A stretch of 64,000 bases of DNA from Porticoccaceae bacterium (GTDB lineage: Bacteria > Pseudomonadota > Gammaproteobacteria > Pseudomonadales > Porticoccaceae), in assembly GCA_024644585.1 (NCBI GenBank), contig JAHEHM010000066.1, positions 16,479-80,478 on the forward strand. Reading direction: 5' to 3'. The notes under the pieces were generated by a model that did no database searches, was not told where the DNA came from, and was given only the letters and a program-made list of their open reading frames with translations. How positions within the stretch are numbered: the first letter of the stretch is position 1; the number at the start of each line of letters is the position of its first letter. Below, in pieces: positions 18,467 through 25,798 of this stretch. Made by a program: the position numbers and the translations under genes.

Positions 18467-19657
18467 TTAATTATTAATTTTTTCCAATAATCCAGTTTTA
18501 ATATTAAACCCATAATTTAGAAGAGTTCCATTCCTTAGCTTATCAACGGCTTCTTGAACAGTTTCTACTGGAACACAAAACCATTCTTTTGGATGATAAG
18601 TTTTACCAAATCTATCAGGAATCTCTATTTCCAATCTGGCAGATGCAAATACTTTGTGCAAAAGAGTTTCTAGCTTATGCCGATTTATGTTGTATAACTC
18701 AAAGCTTGCAACCAGATCCGCCTTGGCAAATAAAAAGGTTGGATCATTCTCAGCCCCAGACAAACGTATTGATGGGTCTTTGCTTGTAACTCCAATCTTG
18801 TGGACGTTTTTGGAGTTATCCCGAATCAAAGGGTGGCTTGATTGGCTTCGACAAACATAAATTACTCCACTCGCAATATCATCCTCATGAGGCTGATCAT
18901 CAAACAATGGTCCCATACTAATATCTGTGATTCGTCTGCCACCTTCGTCTTCCCATAATCTCTTTTGAAGTGATCGCATCAACTGATTACTTTCAACACC
19001 ATTATCAAAAATAATACGCAACCGATATTCCTTTCTACCATCAGTCCCTATAAACATTTCACCGATATCAGCCACATAGACCTTTTGCCCGCCAAGAATA
19101 AAAAGATTTTCTTTCTCTATCGTTCCATCCTTTACAAATGGGATTATCTTTCTTATACCACTTTCTATATCAGCTTGAATTTTTTCAAAAAGAGGCTTAA
19201 AAATATGAAAATCTTTGCAAGGTGTTCTGGTGCCAACTTCGTCTGCTGGCTTAATTTCTGAACGTGGCTTGACATGTTTAAGTGAAGTAAGATCATTATC
19301 AGTTTTAGTATTGAAACCAAGCTCTCCCAACAGTGCCTCATCATCTAAATCTTCTTCACTAATTTTTGAAATAAAACTCTCATTAAGAAGATCTTGATAA
19401 TCACTGTCTTTGAGTAACTCAACACAATCAGCTTGTTTACGTATTTGCTCCAGACGCGTGGCATATAAACGCTCAAATATATCTTTTTCATGGTCGAATG
19501 AAGGCACTCTATTTTGCTCGTCTACAAACTTCTGTATCTCTTCAAAACCAGCAATTACACGCTCTTCTTTTGCAGATAAGGCAGGTTTTTTCTTAACCTC
19601 ATATTCAATACCCAGCTCAGCAATAAGCTTGTCATCTTCTTCCGTAAATTTAGCCAT
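18467..19657 (-). CDS. T5orf172 / MUG113 (GIY-YIG-like) domain protein
   Basis: The C-terminal domain reads GVIYVCRS...VHKIGVTSKDPSIRL...LETLLHKVFASARLEI...PKEWFCVP. The N-terminal ~250 aa are unassigned. The start overlaps the helicase stop by 8 nt. Confidence 0.65.
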   Translation of the reverse strand: MAKFTEEDDKLIAELGIEYEVKKKPALSAKEERVIAGFEEIQKFVDEQNRVPSFDHEKDIFERLYATRLEQIRKQADCVELLKDSDYQDLLNESFISKISEEDLDDEALLGELGFNTKTDNDLTSLKHVKPRSEIKPADEVGTRTPCKDFHIFKPLFEKIQADIESGIRKIIPFVKDGTIEKENLFILGGQKVYVADIGEMFIGTDGRKEYRLRIIFDNGVESNQLMRSLQKRLWEDEGGRRITDISMGPLFDDQPHEDDIASGVIYVCRSQSSHPLIRDNSKNVHKIGVTSKDPSIRLSGAENDPTFLFAKADLVASFELYNINRHKLETLLHKVFASARLEIEIPDRFGKTYHPKEWFCVPVETVQEAVDKLRNGTLLNYGFNIKTGLLEKINN

Positions 19658-21734
19658 TTTGTTTCGCCTCAGCTACCATTTGCGCAAAGGCATTCATACC
19701 CTCGGCAATCTTCTTTTCCCATGGATCATTAGAGGTTACTTCCGGCTTTCTACCACGCTCTTTCAAAAATTGTCTTGCCCTTAAAGCATAATCTCTAGCC
19801 TCCTCATGGGTGAACTTTTGCTTCTTGCCAGCAATAATATTTCCGAACTGCCTAAGGCTTTCTTCACTCATAGACTTTGACAGGATGGCATAAGCTTCTC
19901 CAAATGGATTAATTCGATCAATAAAGTCCACATCTAAGCTTGTTACATCCATAACAAATTGCCTAACTCCATCTACAAATGCTGTATTTGACGAAGGCTC
20001 GCCATCACCAACATCAATAGATTCATTTTGACCTTGTTCATTTATTGCCTTTTTAACCTGTTGGGTCATATTTACAGCTGCCACAGCATGCTGACGAATT
20101 GCTTCCTGATCCTCATCGGGCAGATTAGGATACTTAGTGGCAACAATTTTTCCCATAGCCACTTGGGTTATTTCCTCTGGAACTACTTCGGTATCAAATA
20201 GGCCGCGTTCAACTGTTCTAGTATCCTGCGTAAACGCTGCAACCAAGTCATTAAGATCATCTTTAACTATTCTTTGAGCCTCTTCGCTTTTTGGCTCTGC
20301 CAACCCTGTAATCTCAATTTGAATTTGCCCTGTATCTTTGTTTACACCCACATTAGTTTTATCTGGATTATAACCGCCATCGCCATAATCAAACCCATCT
20401 ACAGGACCGCTTGTTGCTGTCTTAGGCGTAAAATCAAATCTTGGCGCTAACACCTGCTCCATAAGCAAACTTGCTGCAATCGCTTTTAGAGTGTCATTAA
20501 CGGCATCTGTAACTGCATCTTTAGCGGCATCGGGTTCAGCGATAAGATTAGTAAATCGCGTGCGCTCTTTACCCGGTGCATCACGAGTTGTGCGGCCAAT
20601 TATTTGCACTATTTCTGTCAGACTTGCGCGGTAGCCAACAGTCAGTGCATGTTCACACCAAATCCAGTCAAACCCTTCCTTAGCCATTCCGAGTGCAATA
20701 ATGATATCCACATAATCTCGATCACTCTCCATTAAAGGAGATCTAAGACCCACTTGAACTTTTGCACGTTTACTTCCATCATCTTCTACTAGGTCCGCTA
20801 CCTTGATAATTTTTTTATCCGATCGCCTTTCAATTAGGTGAAAACCTGTTTCCTCATCAACACCCATCCAAGTACCAAGCTCTTCGAGGATATCTTCTGT
20901 TTCTGTTAACTTTCCTCTTTTAGTGCTTTCCCGAGAGTTTACATTAGGAATATGAATGATCGTTTTCTCGTGAGGATCGAGAACCTTAAGAATATCGTCA
21001 ACATAGGGACCATTGTAAAAGTAATACCCAATATCTAACTCTTTTAAATACTCATATCCATTTAACTGCTCATAATAGGTGTAGGTTACGGTTTCAAATT
21101 TAGCTTCATCATCAGGGGTCATTACCGCATCAGAATCACCACGAAAATATGATCCTGTCATAGCTACAATATGAACTTTATCCCTTGCTAAAAATTCTTC
21201 TAACTGATTGCCCAAAACGTTGTCTGGATTAGCACTTAGATGATGGAATTCATCAATTGCAATTAATCGATTATCAAATACCTCAATACCAAATTTTTCC
21301 ACAGCAAATCTAAAAGTCGCATGGGTACAAACTAGATTGGTGTCATCACTGTCAAGAAAGGCTTTGACTGAATTAACCTTCCCACCGTCCTCACCCGGTG
21401 AATTACAGAGGTTCCATTTGGCTTTAACCTGCCAATCTGACCAAAAACCATATTCACTAAGTGGTGTATTATCAAAGCTTTTACCAATAGATTTTTCAGG
21501 GACCACAATAATCGCTTGCTGGATACTCTGATTAACAGTTTTATCTAATGCAAGAAACATCAAGGCTCGGCTTTTTCCAGATGCAGGTGGTGATTTAATT
21601 AACAAATATTGCTCACCGCGTTTCTCATAAGCACGCTCCTGCATCTCGCGCATACCCAACTCATTAGACTTCTTTGATTTTCCAGTTGAGTCATACTTAA
21701 CAGAGACTGTTGGTATTTCAATTTCCTTATTCAC
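19650..21734 (-). CDS. SF2 DExH-box helicase (ResIII-like) with no recognisable nuclease domain
   Basis: Motif I SPPASGKSR, motif II AIDEFHH, motif III MTGS, motif VI QIIGRTTRD. 4-nt overlap with the upstream methyltransferase gene. Confidence 0.8.
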   Translation of the reverse strand: MNKEIEIPTVSVKYDSTGKSKKSNELGMREMQERAYEKRGEQYLLIKSPPASGKSRALMFLALDKTVNQSIQQAIIVVPEKSIGKSFDNTPLSEYGFWSDWQVKAKWNLCNSPGEDGGKVNSVKAFLDSDDTNLVCTHATFRFAVEKFGIEVFDNRLIAIDEFHHLSANPDNVLGNQLEEFLARDKVHIVAMTGSYFRGDSDAVMTPDDEAKFETVTYTYYEQLNGYEYLKELDIGYYFYNGPYVDDILKVLDPHEKTIIHIPNVNSRESTKRGKLTETEDILEELGTWMGVDEETGFHLIERRSDKKIIKVADLVEDDGSKRAKVQVGLRSPLMESDRDYVDIIIALGMAKEGFDWIWCEHALTVGYRASLTEIVQIIGRTTRDAPGKERTRFTNLIAEPDAAKDAVTDAVNDTLKAIAASLLMEQVLAPRFDFTPKTATSGPVDGFDYGDGGYNPDKTNVGVNKDTGQIQIEITGLAEPKSEEAQRIVKDDLNDLVAAFTQDTRTVERGLFDTEVVPEEITQVAMGKIVATKYPNLPDEDQEAIRQHAVAAVNMTQQVKKAINEQGQNESIDVGDGEPSSNTAFVDGVRQFVMDVTSLDVDFIDRINPFGEAYAILSKSMSEESLRQFGNIIAGKKQKFTHEEARDYALRARQFLKERGRKPEVTSNDPWEKKIAEGMNAFAQMVAEAKQNG

Positions 21735-24511
21735 GATGCGCTCTCCATATTATTACTGATAGTTGATGAAGTCATTTTAGTGTACAGCTCAAAGAGTTTT
21801 TCTAATCGCTCTGTATCATTATTAAAACGACGACCGATATAAATACGCTCTATGGTTTCGTCATTTTTTTCATGAGCCAACCTAAGATCCTCATGCATGG
21901 ACTTGTTATGATCATAAAGCTCTGCAATCGTTTCCGGGAAATGCTTTTCACGTGCTAGAAGAATATCTTCAGCACAGCGTGTTAAATCTAATTTATTTTT
22001 TTTGGTTAGTTTTGGAACGGGAAAAGTATTGTAGCAAGTAGATGAAGTATATCTGAGATCGTCTTTTAACTTTCCAGCTATAGCCCTAACCCACACCATG
22101 TGAATTCTTGAAGATATAATAGAAAAAGTATCTAACTCAGCATTTTGAATAATGCTTGCTGCGTTGCTTATTATAACTTTATCATCCATATAACCCGCAG
22201 TGATAAATGCTCTTTTTTCAGAGAACACAGTTGGAACAAGGATTTGTTTTCCTTTTTGCTTATTTATCCATGCAAATTTATGAGGCCTACCAACAGCAGT
22301 TTTTGCCCTAGTTCCTGCATTAATTCTAAAATCACGAACAGAATCTATTCTATTTTTTATTTCCAAGCACTTCAGAGCACTATTTAAGTCACCATCGTCA
22401 ATCCAGATACACCACCTTAAAAACCCCTTAATAAATTCATTAGAACCATAGTATGGTTTTACAAAACCAGAGTAAGTTCCATTTTGTTGCCTTGAAATAT
22501 TACTTGCTGATGACCTGTCTAAAATAAGGTTTCCCCCATCTAATGCTCCACTCCCATCTGTTATTTTGGCACTTAAAGATAATGGGAATTTAGCTTCGGA
22601 AACTACTATGTTTTTTCCACTCAACAAGTAGGCATTTATATTATTAACCTCTCGAACACTGCATTTGCCCTCTTGATTTAACTCAAAGATTTTTTTTGAT
22701 TTACTATGATTACTTGTTACACCGATCACCACTACAGAAACACCAGCATTGGAACTTGCCAAGTTAGACCACTTAAATGACGTGTGAGCAAAAAATATTC
22801 TTTGTTCTCTCTTAAAAATGAAGGGCCATAACAAGAATGCTTGAACACCCTGACAAATGGAATTGGTCGTTACAAATGCGTAGTCTGCGTGACTATATGT
22901 ACAGTATTCACTCGCTTTAAATAGCCAGCCAGTCACATAGTCCAATGGCTTCCATTTTTTTATTTCTTTGGATAATATTTCACCTAATTCTTGCGTTTGC
23001 TCTTTTGTTCTCCAACTGCTTCCCTTGTAAGGTGGATTTCCACAGATGTAGGTCTCTCCACCCTCATTCTCGAAATCTATTTGAGCCTGATGTTGTGGCT
23101 TATGGAATAAATCATCGGATATATGCTCCACAATTTTTTCAGTCGGTGGACATACACTTAACCAATCAATTCTTAGAGCGTTACCATGAACTATCCAGTT
23201 TTTGGAATCTAAAGGCAGAAAATCTGCTAGTGCATCTTTCTGCCCGCGATACAATTCATCACACTGATATTCAGCAATAATTAGTGCCAAACGTGCTATC
23301 TCAGTAGCAAATTCTCTTAACTCAATCCCTCTAAAATTACTAAGCGGGATTTCTGATTTAAGATGCGTTTCATGCCTTCTTTTATTAATTTCAGATTCAA
23401 TTTGACGCATCTCTTTATAGGCAATAACCAAGAAATTGCCTGAACCACAGGCGGGGTCGAACACCCGAATTTTTGAAATTCTTTTTCTGAGGTTAAGAAG
23501 TTTACGGTGGTTATCGCCCGCTTCTTGGAGGCTTTCTCTTAGATCATCGAGAAATAACGGATTAAGCACCTTAAGAATATTGGGGACACTGGTGTAGTGC
23601 ATACCGATTGAACCCCGCTCTTCATCATCAGCAACCGCTTGGATCATAGAGCCAAATATATCTGGGTTAATCTCCTTCCAGTTTAAATTACCTGCATGGA
23701 TCAAATAAGACCGTGCAATTCGACTAAACTTGGGAACATCTCGATTACCTGCAAATAAGCCACCATTTACATAAGGGAAGTCTCTGGTCCAATTGGGAAG
23801 GTCTTCCATATCTCTATCTTCACGCTTAACATCCATTGCATGAAATATTTTAGAAATAACAAAATCAGCATTCTCAGAGCGACTATCACTCATCTGCTCT
23901 ATAGCGTGTGTAAACATATCTTCTTTTGGGAAAATACCTGTGTCTTCAGCAAAGTAGCAAAAGATTAAACGTGACATAAACTGATTAAGGTCATGCCTGC
24001 GCTCTGCCGTATCCCAGTCTTTATTTTCTTTTAGCAGCTCTACATAAAGCCTATTTAGACGCCCTGTTGCCTGAATATCAACAGCATTATTGCGGATTTC
24101 TTTGGTGGTAGTAATGCCAGCTAACGTAAGAAAGAAGCCAAAGTGGTTAGCAAAGTCACTGTATGCACAGGCCACAGTCTCGCCTGAATTTAAATCCTCA
24201 GCTACAAATTCAACACCATCAGTGGCAAGAATAATCTTCACCTTGCCTTTTATGGTTGCGGGGCTTTGTTTTAGCTCGATTAGAGTGTTATTTGCATCAC
24301 CTTCAGCACAAACAGCAATATGAATATTATCACGCTGAAGGACGCCGCCACTAATATCTGAACTGTTAGAAGAATTTTTTGCACTTCGAAGTTTTTTTAT
24401 TGTAGTTTCTTTATTTCCAAGGGCTTTCAGAAATGCGAATGGAAACTCAGTCACATCAAAATCTTGCATTGCTAGATGTGATACCGCTTCTTCAATTTCT
24501 ACAGCATTCAA
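21731..24511 (-). CDS. MmeI-family (type IIL/IIG-like) N6-adenine DNA methyltransferase with an N-terminal PD-ExK-like region and a C-terminal TRD
   Basis: 926 aa. RLIFCYFAEDTGIF spacer-domain signature, SIGMHYTS, motif I VFDPACGSGNFLV, motif IV GNPPYKG, and N-terminal D..(x)..IELK. TTG start with an AGGAAA RBS. Confidence 0.8.
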   Translation of the reverse strand: MNAVEIEEAVSHLAMQDFDVTEFPFAFLKALGNKETTIKKLRSAKNSSNSSDISGGVLQRDNIHIAVCAEGDANNTLIELKQSPATIKGKVKIILATDGVEFVAEDLNSGETVACAYSDFANHFGFFLTLAGITTTKEIRNNAVDIQATGRLNRLYVELLKENKDWDTAERRHDLNQFMSRLIFCYFAEDTGIFPKEDMFTHAIEQMSDSRSENADFVISKIFHAMDVKREDRDMEDLPNWTRDFPYVNGGLFAGNRDVPKFSRIARSYLIHAGNLNWKEINPDIFGSMIQAVADDEERGSIGMHYTSVPNILKVLNPLFLDDLRESLQEAGDNHRKLLNLRKRISKIRVFDPACGSGNFLVIAYKEMRQIESEINKRRHETHLKSEIPLSNFRGIELREFATEIARLALIIAEYQCDELYRGQKDALADFLPLDSKNWIVHGNALRIDWLSVCPPTEKIVEHISDDLFHKPQHQAQIDFENEGGETYICGNPPYKGSSWRTKEQTQELGEILSKEIKKWKPLDYVTGWLFKASEYCTYSHADYAFVTTNSICQGVQAFLLWPFIFKREQRIFFAHTSFKWSNLASSNAGVSVVVIGVTSNHSKSKKIFELNQEGKCSVREVNNINAYLLSGKNIVVSEAKFPLSLSAKITDGSGALDGGNLILDRSSASNISRQQNGTYSGFVKPYYGSNEFIKGFLRWCIWIDDGDLNSALKCLEIKNRIDSVRDFRINAGTRAKTAVGRPHKFAWINKQKGKQILVPTVFSEKRAFITAGYMDDKVIISNAASIIQNAELDTFSIISSRIHMVWVRAIAGKLKDDLRYTSSTCYNTFPVPKLTKKNKLDLTRCAEDILLAREKHFPETIAELYDHNKSMHEDLRLAHEKNDETIERIYIGRRFNNDTERLEKLFELYTKMTSSTISNNMESAS

Positions 24512-24532
24512 CTTGAGATTTTCCTGTTTTGG

Positions 24533-24549
24533 AGAATTTTATAAATTCT
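24533..24549. promoter_or_regulatory. Inverted repeat AGAATTT-TAT-AAATTCT overlapping a TATAAA -10-like box just upstream of the methyltransferase start
   Basis: 7-bp arms with a 3-nt spacer, 22-38 nt upstream of the TTG at 24511, in the 58-nt gap after the Sel1 gene. Confidence 0.3.
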
Positions 24550-24569
24550 AGAAATTATTGACTAAAACT

Positions 24570-25436
24570 TTACAATTTTCGTCTTTTCTTATTACGCCTG
24601 TAGATAAAGTAGGGCAACCAAATAAGAATAACAAGCTTGGGAATTGCCCCGCCAATATTAAAAGCAACACTTCTACTAGGATCCTGAATCCAGAACAATA
24701 ACCAACTATCTAGCCATTCATGATCAAATAAAAGATATTTACTTACTATCTCTCGAGCATTCAAATCACCTTGTTTTGAAGCCTCACGAAGCCAATCAAT
24801 TGCTTTATGCTTGTTTTTATCAACACCCCAGCCATATAGGAACGCGAGTCCAAGATTTAAATCTGCCTCGACTAGCCCATGCCCGGCAGATTCCTTAAAA
24901 AGCTGGAATGCCTTTGCATCATCCCTTTCAACGCCAGTTCCATTTAAAAAGAGTTGACCTAAATTAACCTTGGCTTCAATCAAACCTTGTTCAGAAGCTT
25001 TTTTAAACCATTTAGCGGCCTTAACCTCACTTTTATCTATACGAGAGCCATACAGGTACTCTACACCAAGATTGTACTGAGCTCTATCAAGCCCCTGATT
25101 CGCAGCAGCTTTAAGCCAATTTATTCCATCAGAGTCGTTTCTTTCAACACCGATGCCTTGCATCAGCATAATAGCTACACTGTATTTCCCAATTACGTTA
25201 CCCTTTTCGGCAGCTTTCAAATACCAATAAAAAGCCTCTTTTTCGCTCTTGGATACATCATCTCCATAAAAATATTTTCGACCCAAAGCCGCTTGAGCTT
25301 CAACATCACCGCCATAGGCTTTACGTTGTAGGTCATCTATTTGCATTGAAAAACAATTATTTACGAAAAACCCCATAGACAAAATTATGTAAGTTATGAA
25401 CTTTTTCAAGTAAAGGTGAGAGAATAAATCATTCAT
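24570..25436 (-). CDS. Sel1-repeat (SLR/TPR-like) protein with an N-terminal signal/anchor and a C-terminal TM helix
   Basis: At least five repeats of the A..W..KAA.QG...A...LG type. Hydrophobic N-terminus. C-terminal IPKLVILIWLPYFIY followed by RRNKKRRKL. Confidence 0.75.
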   Translation of the reverse strand: MNDLFSHLYLKKFITYIILSMGFFVNNCFSMQIDDLQRKAYGGDVEAQAALGRKYFYGDDVSKSEKEAFYWYLKAAEKGNVIGKYSVAIMLMQGIGVERNDSDGINWLKAAANQGLDRAQYNLGVEYLYGSRIDKSEVKAAKWFKKASEQGLIEAKVNLGQLFLNGTGVERDDAKAFQLFKESAGHGLVEADLNLGLAFLYGWGVDKNKHKAIDWLREASKQGDLNAREIVSKYLLFDHEWLDSWLLFWIQDPSRSVAFNIGGAIPKLVILIWLPYFIYRRNKKRRKL

Positions 25437-25673
25437 AATAAAATTGTTTTCATGTTTAAATACCAGCGCAAAGATTACATGTAAAATTTTTAAATCTCTA
25501 TATAACTATGAATAAAAATTCTAAGTAATAGTTTTAAATAGTATTTAATTAAAACATGGAAATAATATTCATGGCCTTGAAATATTTTTTAAACAACCCA
25601 CAATTTTAATCTATCTAATATAAAATAGCCTAAAAACTAAATTCCCACCTACGTCCTGCCAAAAAAAATGGTA

Positions 25674-25695
25674 ACAAAAATGGTACAGTGCCAAA
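25674..25695 (+). repeat. Island-border repeat, copy C (ACAAAAATGGT-ACAGTGCCAAAA), preceded by a partial extra AAAAATGGTAACA
   Basis: Same orientation as copies A and B, about 105 nt upstream of the dusA ATG. Confidence 0.7.
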
Positions 25696-25706
25696 ATGAG
25701 TTAAAA

Positions 25707-25765
25707 TTATAAAAGATTATAAATCGTTATAAATCAATGATTTAAAACGTTATAAAAGATTATAA
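25707..25765 (+). repeat. Two copies of the 16-bp direct repeat TTATAAAAGATTATAA (43-bp spacing) plus additional (C/G)(G/A)TTATAAA units; candidate recombinase arm-type sites
   Basis: Exact copies at 25707-25722 and 25750-25765. CGTTATAAATCAATGATTTAAAACG lies between them, and a related AAATCAATGGATTAAAA occurs at 14661-14677 near the left junction. Confidence 0.5.
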
Positions 25766-25798
25766 GAAATTATGTAAAGTTAGGCTAAGTTATTGAAA

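Noticed and set aside
16773-24511. Classifying the island operon as BREX, DISARM, or classical type I or type III R-M
   Set aside because: There are no PglZ, BrxC or BrxL equivalents, no DrmA, DrmB or PLD equivalents, and no HsdS or HsdR equivalents. The methyltransferase is MmeI/PglX-like rather than a type III Mod, and the helicase lacks a fused nuclease. Only a database search can exclude a recently named system.
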